Assembly (NCBI GenBank): GCA_964493695.1
Contig: CAZBPG010000003.1
Coordinates: forward strand, 124 to 64,123
Length of the DNA: 64,000 nt
DNA from: an uncultured Chitinophaga sp.
Lineage (GTDB): Bacteria; Bacteroidota; Bacteroidia; Chitinophagales; LD1
Reading direction: 5' to 3'
In this document: in pieces, positions 49,111 through 60,199 of the stretch
How the letters are laid out: each line of letters begins with the position of its first letter
How positions within the stretch are numbered: position 1 is the stretch's first letter
The notes under the pieces: model-generated
Seen by the model: the letters and a program-made list of their open reading frames with translations, nothing else
Database searches by the model: none
Told to the model about the DNA's origin: nothing
Position numbers and translations under genes: made by a program

Positions 49111-49145
49111 TTCAGTTTGCGGCTCACAGTTCTAAATCAAAGCTA

Positions 49146-50321
49146 CTAACATTTTCTCCTTTTAATCTCTTTCTTAATCAGCGCAAACTCCCGGCTGGTT
49201 TGTCCGGCCACAGAAGTATTCTCCTGTGTTCTGCGTATTAAATAAGGTATCACCTCTTTCACCGGTCCGTAAGGCAGATATTTGGTGGCGTTAAACCCAA
49301 GTTTAGAAAGATTGAAAGTGATGTTATCGCCCATGCCGTTTAACTGCGAGAAAACAATGTGCTCCGATGTTCTGTCAATTTTCTTTTTATCAATCTGCTG
49401 AATAGCGAGCAGGTTGCTTTCCTCACTTTGCGAGGCAATGCAAACAAAAACCTGTGAAAGATTATCGAGGCAAACATTTACCGCTTCATCAAAATCCTCG
49501 TCAACCGCTTTTTTATCTTCATGAATCGGTGACCGGTAGCCCATTTCTTCAGCCCGCTCTCTTTCCTTTTCCATATAAGCACCGCGCACCAGCTTAATGC
49601 CATACAAATAACCTCCGGCTTTTGCTTTTTTAATTTGCTCTTTCAAATAATCTAACCTATCGCACCGGTAAAGCTGAACGGTGTTAAACACGATGCATTG
49701 CGTGCGATTGTATTTTGCCATCATCTCCTCCACCATCGCATCCAACGGGTTCTGAATCCAGCTTTCTTCAGCATCTACATATAATGCTACTTCGTTTCGT
49801 GCGGCTACTTCACACAATTTTTCAAAACGTTTTTTCACTTTTACAAACTCCTTCTTCTCTGAAACACTTAACTTTTCTCCGTTCTGAATTTTTTGAAACA
49901 AAGCTAATCTTCCGGAACCTGTCAACTTTAAACAAAGGCCTTTTACCGATCTGTTTTTACCTGCAAATTCGAGCGCCTCCAAATTTTTTGCAATTGTTTT
50001 ATCAAAATCTTCATCGGTTTCTTTCAACTCTACTCCGTAGTTGAGCAATACGCCAACCTGGTGTTGCTGCAACCTCTGAATTGTTTTTTTACACTCTTCA
50101 AAAGTTTCTCCCCCGCAGAAATGATTATAAACCGTATATCTGAAAACCGGTGAAACCGGAAGGTGAATAGAGAGCGCAAATGTAGCCAGAGAACTACCAA
50201 GTTTAACCAACGAGTTATTTCCCATTAACTGAAACATGAACTTCGCTTTCTGCAAGTCGTTGTTGCTTTTAGCAGCATAAGCAGTTTCCGTATCTTCAAA
50301 AATGTCGGGAGAAATTTTCAT
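49146..50321 (-). CDS. Proline dehydrogenase, monofunctional
   Basis: HFCGGE, VDAEES, KLVRGAYMEKER and KYLPYGP motifs. Confidence 0.92.
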   Translation of the reverse strand: MKISPDIFEDTETAYAAKSNNDLQKAKFMFQLMGNNSLVKLGSSLATFALSIHLPVSPVFRYTVYNHFCGGETFEECKKTIQRLQQHQVGVLLNYGVELKETDEDFDKTIAKNLEALEFAGKNRSVKGLCLKLTGSGRLALFQKIQNGEKLSVSEKKEFVKVKKRFEKLCEVAARNEVALYVDAEESWIQNPLDAMVEEMMAKYNRTQCIVFNTVQLYRCDRLDYLKEQIKKAKAGGYLYGIKLVRGAYMEKERERAEEMGYRSPIHEDKKAVDEDFDEAVNVCLDNLSQVFVCIASQSEESNLLAIQQIDKKKIDRTSEHIVFSQLNGMGDNITFNLSKLGFNATKYLPYGPVKEVIPYLIRRTQENTSVAGQTSREFALIKKEIKRRKC

Positions 50322-50328
50322 TCAGTAA

Positions 50329-50354
50329 ACTTCGGTCTGATGTTAGTCTGCACC
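50329..50354. repeat. Diverged third copy of the 26-bp GGTCTGACGTTAGTCTGACC element
   Basis: ACTTCGGTCTGATGTTAGTCTGCACC. Confidence 0.7.
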
Positions 50355-50458
50355 GATGCGTTGGCGAAATTGAAAATATTTTTGAATTGCAATACAATTA
50401 CTACTAAATCTATCTGTCGAATATTTTTACTTTTAAAATTCAAACTCACAGCAGGTAA

Positions 50459-51772
50459 ATGAATATTGTATTTCTGGTTATAGGATTAGTGGTTGGTCTT
50501 GCTTTGGCATTTTTGTTTCTAAAAGGCAGAAACGAAAGCGCTTTGAGTACCGCCAATGAAAAAGCGCGGCTGTTGGAGCAAAATGTGAATGATTTGAAAA
50601 ATGATTTGCGAAATACCGTAACAGAAGCTGAGCGTAAACTAAATGAGGAAAGAAAGAAAACGGAAGAACTCAACTCATCGTTTGCATCCTCTAAAACTGA
50701 AAATGAAAATCTTCGTCTGAAGTTAGCGGAGCAGAAAAGCGAATTGGAACAACTGAATCAGAAATTCACCAAAGAGTTCGAGAATCTTGCCAACAGAATA
50801 CTGGATGAAAAAAGCCAGAAGTTTACCGAGCAGAACAAAACAAATCTTGATATCATTCTGAATCCGCTTAAAGACAGAATCAAAGAGTTTGAAGCAAAGG
50901 TTGATAAAACCTACAAAGACGAATCTGCAGAGCGCATTACGCTTAAAACCGAAATCAAAAATCTGATTGACCTCAATAAGCAGATAAGCGAAGAGGCAAA
51001 CAATCTTGCAACCGCGCTTAAAGGCGATAATAAACAACAAGGCAACTGGGGCGAAATGGTGTTAGAGAAAGTTCTGGAACGCAGCGGACTGAAAGAAGGC
51101 GATGAATACAGAATGGAGTATGCCACCACTAACGCAGAGAACGAAAGAATACGACCGGATGCGGTTATCTTCCTTCCCGACAATAAGCATGTAATTGTTG
51201 ATTCAAAAGTTTCGCTGGTTGCGTATTCTGCTTGTGTAAACGCAGCTAATGAGGACGACCGCATTAAATTTCTAAAAGCGCACATCGAATCGCTTCGAAA
51301 TCATGTGAGATTATTGAGTGACAAAAGTTATCAAACAGCCGTTGGTTTAGAGTCCCCCGATTTCGTTTTGCTGTTTGTTCCTATTGAGTCCTCCTTCAGT
51401 TTAGCCGTGCAGGGCGATGCAGAGTTATTCAATTACGCATGGGATAGGAAAATTGTAATTGTAAGTCCCTCAACTTTGCTCGCAACACTAAGGACGATTG
51501 CATCTATCTGGAAACAGGAAAGACAAACCCGCAATGCCATTGAAATTGCAGAAGAAGGCGGAAAGCTTTACGACAAGTTTGTAGGCTTTTATGAAGACTT
51601 AGTGAAAGTCGGCAAAAAGATGGACGATGCTAAAGGGGATTATTCTGAAGCCATGAAAAAATTGTATGACGGTTCGGGAAATTTAGTAAGACGTGCAGAA
51701 AAAATGAAAGAATTGGGTGCCAAAACTGCCAAACAATTACCACAAACAATCATTGACAGAGCCAAAGAATAA
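50459..51772 (+). CDS. rmuC: DNA recombination protein RmuC
   Basis: N-terminal TM and coiled coil; QGNWGEMVLE, RPDAVI, VIVDSKV and SPSTLLATL motifs. Confidence 0.95.
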   Translation: MNIVFLVIGLVVGLALAFLFLKGRNESALSTANEKARLLEQNVNDLKNDLRNTVTEAERKLNEERKKTEELNSSFASSKTENENLRLKLAEQKSELEQLNQKFTKEFENLANRILDEKSQKFTEQNKTNLDIILNPLKDRIKEFEAKVDKTYKDESAERITLKTEIKNLIDLNKQISEEANNLATALKGDNKQQGNWGEMVLEKVLERSGLKEGDEYRMEYATTNAENERIRPDAVIFLPDNKHVIVDSKVSLVAYSACVNAANEDDRIKFLKAHIESLRNHVRLLSDKSYQTAVGLESPDFVLLFVPIESSFSLAVQGDAELFNYAWDRKIVIVSPSTLLATLRTIASIWKQERQTRNAIEIAEEGGKLYDKFVGFYEDLVKVGKKMDDAKGDYSEAMKKLYDGSGNLVRRAEKMKELGAKTAKQLPQTIIDRAKE

Positions 51773-52318
51773 ATGTTCTCACTCATCATATACATTCTTG
51801 TTGCGACCATCGGTTTTATGATGGCGTTTTTGTATAAAAAATCGTTTACCACCGCTCAGTTTTTTCAGGTAGAGCCGAAAAAACTGTTGCGGATTTTTAC
51901 AATTGTATTTGCAGTAGCTGTGGTTTTAACTTTCGCCCTTTCCTGGTGGACAATGCATGTGCTTGGCAACACAACCATACCGGATGAGAGTTCGATGAAG
52001 CATAAGGACACTAAATCTGTTATGATATTCCTGATGAATTTTTTCTTTCTGGCACTTATGGTTATAGCAAACCTGTATTCACAGGCATTAAAAAAAGTAG
52101 CCCTTATTCCGTATCTGTTGGTGTTTGGCTTCTATGTCCTTTTTGTTTTAAAAGATGCTTACTACATTTCTGATTATTTCTCTATGTGGCAGCAGTCTCT
52201 TCAGCTATTGAAAGGCGACCTGCCCGATTTTCACAGCACCGGCTGGATGAAAAGCGGAATTGCTTTCCTGGTTACTTCGTTTAATGCGTTAATGATTTGG
52301 TGGGGCCTGAGAAAATAG
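51773..52318 (+). CDS. Hypothetical membrane protein
   Basis: About 5 hydrophobic segments; starts immediately after the rmuC stop. Confidence 0.65.
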   Translation: MFSLIIYILVATIGFMMAFLYKKSFTTAQFFQVEPKKLLRIFTIVFAVAVVLTFALSWWTMHVLGNTTIPDESSMKHKDTKSVMIFLMNFFFLALMVIANLYSQALKKVALIPYLLVFGFYVLFVLKDAYYISDYFSMWQQSLQLLKGDLPDFHSTGWMKSGIAFLVTSFNALMIWWGLRK

Positions 52319-52331
52319 GAAGCAGGGAAGT

Positions 52332-53066
52332 TCACGAATTCCAGATTTCCCAACTTTTATCGGCCTGTAATTGAAGCATCTCTAATCCGTTTTTTGTTTT
52401 TGCTCCCTGTAGTTTTCCGCGTTCTAGAAATGCTGTTTCAGTAGGGTTATAAATGAGGTCAAACAGGAAATCATTTTCGGAAATTTTTTCGTAAGGAATC
52501 GCAGGTGCTTCCGAAGCAGCCGGGAACATTCCAACAGGGGTAGTATTGATAAAAAGATTCTCTTCTTTCATCAAATCTGAAATTTCAGCGTACGAAATGT
52601 TGTCGCGCTTTTTTCCTCTTGAGACCAAATGAAATGAAATGTTCAGTTTTTTAAAAACGTATTGAATTGCTTTTGATGAGCCGCCTGTTCCCAAAACAAA
52701 AACCCGCTTTCTGTTAGTCGCTTGACCAACAAAATTCTTTAGCGAAGTTTCAAATCCGAATACATCGGTATTGTACCCTTTCAATGTTCCGTTCTCCACT
52801 TTAATACAATTCACTGCACCAACCTCCTTCGCCTCTTCGGATACTTCGCTTAAGCAACTCATCACTGTTTCCTTATAAGGAATAGTAACGTTCAAACCAA
52901 TCAAACCCGGATTTGATTTTATAAGTAAAGGAAGTTCCTGAATACTCTTCAGTTCAAACAAATCATAACGGCAACCGCTAATACTTTCGCGTTGAAATTT
53001 TTCTTCAAAATACTTTTTGGAGAAGGAATGAGTGAGGGAAAATCCTATCAATCCGAATTTTCTCAT
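52332..53066 (-). CDS. aroE: Shikimate dehydrogenase
   Basis: HSFSK, GLNVTIPYK, GAVNC, NTD, LGTGGS and DLIYNP motifs. Confidence 0.95.
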   Translation of the reverse strand: MRKFGLIGFSLTHSFSKKYFEEKFQRESISGCRYDLFELKSIQELPLLIKSNPGLIGLNVTIPYKETVMSCLSEVSEEAKEVGAVNCIKVENGTLKGYNTDVFGFETSLKNFVGQATNRKRVFVLGTGGSSKAIQYVFKKLNISFHLVSRGKKRDNISYAEISDLMKEENLFINTTPVGMFPAASEAPAIPYEKISENDFLFDLIYNPTETAFLERGKLQGAKTKNGLEMLQLQADKSWEIWNS

Positions 53067-53713
53067 GCCTGTTTTGCCGGAAACTTTGCTTTAAACATTT
53101 GCCAGGCAATAGGCAACACTGAAATGAAAATAATTCCCAGCACAACGAATTCGAAATTCCTTTTTACCGGTTCGTAATTCCCAAACAGATAACCGAGAGA
53201 AGTAATTCCTGCTACCCATAAAATTGCCCCGGAAATACAGAACAAAATATAACGGGTATAACTCATGCTGCCTGCCCCTGCTACAAAAGGAGCAATAGTT
53301 CTTACAATTGGAACAAAGCGCGCCATGATAACCGTTTTGCCTCCGTGCTTGACATAAAATGCTTCTGTCTCATTAATATACTCACGTTTAAAAAAGAGTA
53401 TCCTTTCCCTCGACTTAATCTGCTTGCTGAAAAATTTACCGACAAAATAGTTGACGTTATCGCCCAGCAAAGCGGCAACTATAAGCAGTGGGATAATGAT
53501 TGCAATATCCAGTTTACCGGTGGCTGCCGCTAACGCACCTGCCGCAAACAACAGCGAATCTCCGGGTAACAGCGGCATCACTATCAGCCCGGTTTCCACA
53601 AAAATTATCACAAACAAAATTGCGTAAGTAAGTGTGCCGTATTGTGTGAGAAGATCTGCCAGATGTTTGTCGAGATGCAGAAAAAAATCGAGTGCAAATT
53701 TTATAAATTCCAT
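53063..53713 (-). CDS. DedA family membrane protein
   Basis: FVETG..LPGDSLLFAAG, ALLGDNVNY and ARFVPIVRTIAPFVAG motifs. Start trimmed to MEFIK. Confidence 0.93.
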   Translation of the reverse strand: MEFIKFALDFFLHLDKHLADLLTQYGTLTYAILFVIIFVETGLIVMPLLPGDSLLFAAGALAAATGKLDIAIIIPLLIVAALLGDNVNYFVGKFFSKQIKSRERILFFKREYINETEAFYVKHGGKTVIMARFVPIVRTIAPFVAGAGSMSYTRYILFCISGAILWVAGITSLGYLFGNYEPVKRNFEFVVLGIIFISVLPIAWQMFKAKFPAKQA

Positions 53714-53792
53714 ATGGCGTAAAAGTAAAATAATTGCGCGCACATGAAATATTACAACCAATACGAACGAAAATTTATCTTTACCCTGATAC

Positions 53793-56700
53793 ATGAAGAA
53801 GTTTTACTCGTTTGTGTTATTTATCGGCCTCACGTTGCAAATCTTTTCGCAAGGGCAGGCTAACATTTGGTATTTTGGAATTAATGCAGGCGTAGATTTT
53901 AGCAGCGGCTCACCTGTAGCCCTTACCAACGGAGCATTAGCCACCAGCGAAGGCTCAGCATGTATCAGCGATAAAAACGGCAACCTCCTTTTTTATACCG
54001 ATGGAATCAAGGTATGGAACCGAAATCATATTCAGATGACAAACGGTTTCGGAATGTTAGGTGACCCTTCTTCTGCTCAGTCGGCTATTATTGTTCCTAA
54101 ACCTGGAAACCCGAATTGGTACTACATTTTTACCGTTGCTGCGGCAGGCGGAGCAGGCGGCTTTTGCTACAGCGAAGTGGATATGACTTTGAATGGTGGT
54201 TTGGGTGATGTAATTGCCGGAACAAAAAACACCCAGCTTTTTACTCCGTCAGCGGAAAAATGCACAGCAGCAAAACACGCTAACGGTTTATACGTTTGGG
54301 TGATTGCTCACGGCTTTAATAACAACACCTATCATTCTTATCTGGTAGATTGCAACGGAGTAGGTCCGGCAGTAAATACCAACGTTGGCCAGGTAGAAGG
54401 ATGGCCGGGCTGGGGATGTATGCAGTCTTCTCCTGACGGACAAAAACTTGCTTGTGCCGTGCGGAATTCAGGGTTTGAGGTAGTTGACTTCAACAATGCA
54501 ACCGGAGTTGTTTCTAACCCGGTTAACCTCGGTTTAGGGGGCGATGACTACGGCATTTCATTTTCTCCCGATAATAATCTTCTGTATGGGTTGCGTATTA
54601 CCCCGGGAACAATTTATCAGTGGAATTTGCAAGCCGGAACACCGGCCGCCATTGCTGCGTCAGTCATCACCCTCGGGACCGCAGCGGGCACAAACGCACC
54701 TTACAACGGTGGCTCTATGCAATTAGGCCCTGATGGAAAACTTTACATCTGCCAATACCAACAACCATTCTTAAGTGTGATAAACTCTCCTAATACACTC
54801 GGAGCAGGATGTAACCTTCAGTTTAATGCAGTAAACCTCTCGGGAAGAAACTCTACGCTTGGACTTCCTCCTTTTATTCAGAGTTATTTTGATACAACCG
54901 CAATTATTCAATACGGAACTCCGAATTGTGTCGGTTACCCGTCTTCGTTCTCTATCAGCGGCAATACTTCATACCTTGATTCTGTAAAATGGGATTTTGG
55001 AGAGCCTCTCACCGGTGCCTTGAATTTTTCAACCCAGCTTACGCCCAGTCACATTTTCACTTCGGCCGGCACTTTTACAGTGCAATTGATACGTTTTGTC
55101 GGGTGCATAGCTGATACAGCTTACAGCAGTATTGATATCACAGGCCCGTCTACCTCCAGTCAAAACGTAACTATATGCCCTAATTCAACTTATACTACTC
55201 CTTCAGGAAACACTGTTTCAAACTCGGGATTGTATGTTGATACCATTGTCGCCTCTACAGGATGCGACAGTATTGTTTCAACAAATCTCACGGTAGCTAC
55301 CTTCAATATTGATGCAGGCACCAATATTTCTATCTGCAATGGAAACTCAACACAACTTAATGCCACCGGTGGCCTGATTTATTCATGGACTCCGGTTACC
55401 GGTCTTGACGATCCGAATGTTTCAAATCCTATGGCTTCGCCAACTGTTACCACCACTTACACTGTTTCTTCTCAGTCACCAATAGGCAACTCAATTGTTA
55501 ACGGAGACTTTAGTTCGGGAAACACCGGTTTTTCATCCAGCTACAACTACACTGTAAGTAACACAACCGAGGGACAGTATTATATAGGACCAAATGCTGC
55601 TGCCTGGAACGGTGGCATGGCTTCGTGTGGAGACCATACAACCGGCAACGGAAATATGCTTTGTGTAAATGGAGCAACCACACCTAATGTTACCATCTAC
55701 TGTGAAACGGTGAGTGTGTTGCCAAATACAGATTATGCATTTACAACATGGCTGATGACTTTATCTCCGGGCAACCTGGCTCTGCTTCAATTTTCTATCA
55801 ACGGCAGTTTGCTTGGTCCGGTATTCACAGCACCGGCTTCAACCTGTGTGTGGCAGCAGTTTTATCAAACCTGGAATTCGGGAGCAAACACAACAGCTAC
55901 GATTTGCATTGTAAATCAAAACACAAACGCTGGGGCTAACGATTTTGCTTTAGACGATATTTCCTTTTCGCAATTGTGCACTGCAACCGATTCAATTACT
56001 GTTACGGTAAATCCGGTTTATAGTAACACGGTGAATGCCTCTGTTTGTCAAAACCAGAATTACACCCTACCCGGTGGAAGCGTAACTAATTCAGCCGGTA
56101 CTTATGTTGATACTCTGCTCACCGTAAATGGATGCGACAGTGTTATCACCACCAATCTTACAATTAATCCAACGTATGCTTACACCGTTTTTCAAACGAT
56201 TTGTCCAAGTGATTTGTATATTTTACCGACCGGAATTCCGGTAAACACAACCGGCATTTATATAGATACCCTTTCGACCATAAACGGATGCGATAGTGTG
56301 ATCACCACCAATCTTACTGTTGTTCCGCCCGCTATTACGGTTTCAAACGATACACAGGTTTGCCTTGGTTCATCTGTTCAACTCAACGCCAGCGGTGGCT
56401 TGTTCACTTATCTATGGACACCGGCAACCGGTTTAAGCAGCGATACAATTTCCAATCCCATTGCTACTCCGCTGCAAACAACTTCATACATTGTTACTAC
56501 ACAGGTTGCCAGTGGCGATTTAATTTCCAATGGAAATTTTGAAAGCGGGAATGTCGGTTTCAGCAGCAGCTATACCTATGGTACCAATATTTATCCGGCA
56601 GCTACTTATTATGTGGCGAATAATCCGAATGCTTATCATTCCGGCTTTTCCGCCTGCCCTGACCACACCTCAGGAGCCGGAAACATGATGATTATAAACG

Positions 56701-58520
56701 GGTCGAGTACAGCTAACACAAATGTTTGGTGCGAAACAATTAATGTGGTCCCGAACACGAACTATGCCTTTGGTGCATGGCTAGCCAGCGTAAATCCCGG
56801 TAGCCCTGCCATTTTACAATTCCAGATAAACGGCACTTTGATTGGTCCTCCGTTCAATGCTTCAGCAACAACCTGCCAATGGCAGCAGTTTTATTCTGTT
56901 TGGAATTCAGGCGGCAACACCACTGCAAACATTTGCATCATTAACCAAAACACAGCCGGTGGCGGAAACGATTTTGCGCTGGATGATATTACCTTCATCG
57001 GCTTATGTAATGTAAGTGACACCGTAACCATTACAGTTCATAATCCAACTGTTACCAATGTAAATGCGGCTGTTTGTCAGGGAACAACATATACTTTTCC
57101 AAACGGTGTAACTTCCGTGGCTTCTACAATTGACACTTCTTTGTTGCAAGATCAGTTCGGCTGCGACAGCACTATCATTACCAACCTTACTGTGAATCCG
57201 ACTTTCCTTGTGAATGTTTCTGACACCATTTGTTCTAATCAGAGCTACATCTTGCCTTCGGGTAATTCTGTAAACCTTACAGGAGTTTATATAGACACTC
57301 TGTTTACTATTTTCGACTGTGACAGTATAATTGTTACAGACCTTACAGTTCATCCTACCTCCGCCACCACAGTTCTTGATACCATTTGCAGCGGCTCTTC
57401 TTTTGTGCTTCCCGATGGAAACAGTGTAAGCGTCACCGGAAGCTATCCCGTTACTCTTCTCAATCAATTCGGTTGCGATAGTGTTGTCACTACCAATCTT
57501 TCGGTGATTAGTGTGGCTCTTTCTGCCTCAGCCACCGATGTGCTTTGCAATGGCGGAAACTCCGGAAGTGTTTCGTCTTCTGCAACCGGTGGAGTTTCCC
57601 CTTATAATTTTGACTTGCTGAACGGAGGAACTATTATTTCAGGTAATGCTGTTGGAAATTTCGCCTCACTTGTTGCCGGAAGTTATTCCGTAAACGTAAC
57701 CGATAATTTTGGCTGTATGGCTGCTGCTTCGGTTACCATCAATGAACCTGCTTTGCTGGTTATCTCCGATACCGTAAAGAATGTGCGCTGTTTTGGAGAA
57801 GACAACGGAGAAATTTTCATTTCTGCTTCAGGCAGCACTCCTGGCTATTCTTTCAATCTCAATAATCAAAGTGTCAATTCAACAGGATTTTTCTCTTCCC
57901 TCATTGCCGGAAATTATTCTTACACCGTTACTGATGCTCACGGCTGTGCTGATTCTTCAAATATAGTAGTTACAGAGCCACAGTTGGTAACCATCAGTTT
58001 AAACCCCTCTTCAGTGATAATGGACTTGGGCGAAATAGTTCAGTTGAACGCCTCCTCTAATTACGACCCTGCTGCAACTTATCAATGGACTCCTGCAACC
58101 GGTTTAAGTTGTTATACCTGTCCTGATCCGGTGATTGAAATTTATAACAGCATTGATTACACGGTGGAAGTAACCGCGAACATCAACGGCAACGATTGTT
58201 CTGCCGAAATACAGGTTCCGGTAACGGTTATTCCGAATTACGATATTTTTATTCCGAACGTTTTTACGCCTAACGGTGACGGCAATAACGATTTGTTTCA
58301 AATCTTCGGCAACCTGCCTGCTTTAAAATATCTGGATGTAGAAATATTCAACCGAATTGGCGAAAAGGTTTTTGAAAGCAACGACTTAAATTTTATCTGG
58401 GATGGTAATTACAAAGGCAAACCTCTTCAGCCTGCTGTGTTTGTTTATACACTCCGTTTAGTGTTTGTAGATAATCATACTGAAAAAATCTATAAGGGAA
58501 GTTTGACCCTGCTCAGGTAA
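53793..58520 (+). CDS. Large T9SS type-B cargo: WYFG beta-propeller, PKD domain, duplicated CBM-like module, SprB repeats and CTD
   Basis: QANIWYFG, WDFGEP, GCDS.I.T.L repeats and a terminal FIPNVFTPNGDGNND. Confidence 0.92.
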   Translation: MKKFYSFVLFIGLTLQIFSQGQANIWYFGINAGVDFSSGSPVALTNGALATSEGSACISDKNGNLLFYTDGIKVWNRNHIQMTNGFGMLGDPSSAQSAIIVPKPGNPNWYYIFTVAAAGGAGGFCYSEVDMTLNGGLGDVIAGTKNTQLFTPSAEKCTAAKHANGLYVWVIAHGFNNNTYHSYLVDCNGVGPAVNTNVGQVEGWPGWGCMQSSPDGQKLACAVRNSGFEVVDFNNATGVVSNPVNLGLGGDDYGISFSPDNNLLYGLRITPGTIYQWNLQAGTPAAIAASVITLGTAAGTNAPYNGGSMQLGPDGKLYICQYQQPFLSVINSPNTLGAGCNLQFNAVNLSGRNSTLGLPPFIQSYFDTTAIIQYGTPNCVGYPSSFSISGNTSYLDSVKWDFGEPLTGALNFSTQLTPSHIFTSAGTFTVQLIRFVGCIADTAYSSIDITGPSTSSQNVTICPNSTYTTPSGNTVSNSGLYVDTIVASTGCDSIVSTNLTVATFNIDAGTNISICNGNSTQLNATGGLIYSWTPVTGLDDPNVSNPMASPTVTTTYTVSSQSPIGNSIVNGDFSSGNTGFSSSYNYTVSNTTEGQYYIGPNAAAWNGGMASCGDHTTGNGNMLCVNGATTPNVTIYCETVSVLPNTDYAFTTWLMTLSPGNLALLQFSINGSLLGPVFTAPASTCVWQQFYQTWNSGANTTATICIVNQNTNAGANDFALDDISFSQLCTATDSITVTVNPVYSNTVNASVCQNQNYTLPGGSVTNSAGTYVDTLLTVNGCDSVITTNLTINPTYAYTVFQTICPSDLYILPTGIPVNTTGIYIDTLSTINGCDSVITTNLTVVPPAITVSNDTQVCLGSSVQLNASGGLFTYLWTPATGLSSDTISNPIATPLQTTSYIVTTQVASGDLISNGNFESGNVGFSSSYTYGTNIYPAATYYVANNPNAYHSGFSACPDHTSGAGNMMIINGSSTANTNVWCETINVVPNTNYAFGAWLASVNPGSPAILQFQINGTLIGPPFNASATTCQWQQFYSVWNSGGNTTANICIINQNTAGGGNDFALDDITFIGLCNVSDTVTITVHNPTVTNVNAAVCQGTTYTFPNGVTSVASTIDTSLLQDQFGCDSTIITNLTVNPTFLVNVSDTICSNQSYILPSGNSVNLTGVYIDTLFTIFDCDSIIVTDLTVHPTSATTVLDTICSGSSFVLPDGNSVSVTGSYPVTLLNQFGCDSVVTTNLSVISVALSASATDVLCNGGNSGSVSSSATGGVSPYNFDLLNGGTIISGNAVGNFASLVAGSYSVNVTDNFGCMAAASVTINEPALLVISDTVKNVRCFGEDNGEIFISASGSTPGYSFNLNNQSVNSTGFFSSLIAGNYSYTVTDAHGCADSSNIVVTEPQLVTISLNPSSVIMDLGEIVQLNASSNYDPAATYQWTPATGLSCYTCPDPVIEIYNSIDYTVEVTANINGNDCSAEIQVPVTVIPNYDIFIPNVFTPNGDGNNDLFQIFGNLPALKYLDVEIFNRIGEKVFESNDLNFIWDGNYKGKPLQPAVFVYTLRLVFVDNHTEKIYKGSLTLLR

Positions 58521-58537
58521 CAGTTCACCGGTTCTTT

Positions 58538-58585
58538 AAAAATCAAGATGCGTCCCGCAGAATTGCGGGACGCATCTTGATTTTT
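58538..58585. terminator. Perfect 22-bp hairpin between convergent genes, probable bidirectional terminator
   Basis: AAAAATCAAGATGCGTCCCGCA-GAAT-TGCGGGACGCATCTTGATTTTT. Confidence 0.8.
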
Positions 58586-58644
58586 GCCTTTTGAGTTTTG
58601 CTCTTTGCCTTTTCTTCCTGCCCCCTGCCACTGCTACTGCCCAC

Positions 58645-60060
58645 TCAACTCCTATACTGCTCTATCACCTGAATCACTGCTCCGTCATCCAACAGCGAAT
58701 CATCCATATCAAAAATCAGTACATGCTCATCAAAATTCATCAGCAGGCCGCGCTCAAGGCTAAGCAACGCTTCGTGACGGTTACCTGCCTGAAAATAAAA
58801 CACTGCTTTAATGTATAGAATATCAGCGCTGTTCTCATACTTCAGTTCAGCTTCGTTCAACACCTGAAACGCCTTGCGGTAATTCTCCACGTTCAGATAA
58901 GCCGTGGCAAGGTTTATCCAGTTCTGTTTGGTTTGCGTATCGAGCTGAAAAATCTTTTCAAAAATCTCCAGGGCCATTTCACCCTCTCCTATACTCATAT
59001 ACGCCTCCGCCAATGCTGCCAGATAATCAACATTCTCTTTGCTCAGTTTCACTGCCCGCTCAAACGATGAAATCGCTTTATTCCATTTCTCCTCCAGCCG
59101 GTAAGTTTCGCCTATCCGGAAAAACGCTTCATCAAAATAAGGATCTACACCTATCGACTTCCGCAAATACGACCGCGACTTCGCAAACTCACCCAGCTTC
59201 TCATAACACTCCGCTGTTTTCAGATACAACTCCTTGTTCGGTTTCGAAAGTTTAATCGCATCCAGATAAAAATTGATACTCTCCTGATAACGCTCCATGT
59301 TATAAAGCACATCTCCGCTGCAAACATAAGCGGCATCAAACGTATCCTCAATTGCAATTACGTAGCTGAACGCCTCCAGCGATTTTTCAAACAACTCCAG
59401 TCCGGCAAAAGCATGTCCTAAGTTAAACCACGCCAAATGCGAATACGGGCTTTGCTCAATCAACTCCTCATGAAACTGCACACTCTCCTCATATTTCTCG
59501 GTAAGCTCCGTACAAAACCAAAACCGGTTCAACCCTTCCTCGTTCATCGGGTTCATGCGCAAGGCATCCTTAAGGGCAGTTACCACCTCCGCATACTTCT
59601 CCTGGTCCTCATATATATCTGCCAGTTCCAGATACAACTCGCATTTATCCTCCGGCTCGCTTGGTAAAGTCAGTGCATAATCCACATACGCTTTCGCTTC
59701 CTCATGCCTACCCTCCCACATCGCCACATCCGCACGTATCAAAAAAATGTTGATGTCGTTCGGGTCCAGCTTCTGCGCTTCATCCAGCGACAGCAAAGCC
59801 TCTGCAAAATGTTTCTGATTGGCGAGTATTTCCGCCTTTTTAGTATAAAAAAAAGAAGAGAAAGAAAACTGCTCCAGCGCGCTTTCTATTACGCGCAGGG
59901 CTTTATTGTTTTCGCGGCTATCCTGATAAAACTGAATGATTTGTTCATAATTCTCCTCGTCTAAAAAAACCTGCTGCTTCTCCTTTACCGACTCTTCATA
60001 CTTCTTTACCAGGTCTACTATCTCACCGAAACTCGGTTCCATAAATTCATTTTCTTCCAT
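58645..60060 (-). CDS. Tetratricopeptide repeat protein
   Basis: Repeated TPR-like patterns such as AWFNLGHAF and AFFRIGETY; acidic 471-aa ORF. Confidence 0.9.
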   Translation of the reverse strand: MEENEFMEPSFGEIVDLVKKYEESVKEKQQVFLDEENYEQIIQFYQDSRENNKALRVIESALEQFSFSSFFYTKKAEILANQKHFAEALLSLDEAQKLDPNDINIFLIRADVAMWEGRHEEAKAYVDYALTLPSEPEDKCELYLELADIYEDQEKYAEVVTALKDALRMNPMNEEGLNRFWFCTELTEKYEESVQFHEELIEQSPYSHLAWFNLGHAFAGLELFEKSLEAFSYVIAIEDTFDAAYVCSGDVLYNMERYQESINFYLDAIKLSKPNKELYLKTAECYEKLGEFAKSRSYLRKSIGVDPYFDEAFFRIGETYRLEEKWNKAISSFERAVKLSKENVDYLAALAEAYMSIGEGEMALEIFEKIFQLDTQTKQNWINLATAYLNVENYRKAFQVLNEAELKYENSADILYIKAVFYFQAGNRHEALLSLERGLLMNFDEHVLIFDMDDSLLDDGAVIQVIEQYRS

Positions 60061-60199
60061 ATCATCTGTTTACGTGAAAGAATCAATTTAGCAATGCCGC
60101 TAATAAAGAACGTTGCAATTTCTATAACGACATACCGAAGGTAAATTTCTAAAAATATTTTGTCAATTCCTCTTTTCAACAAATAAAATTACCGCTGTA

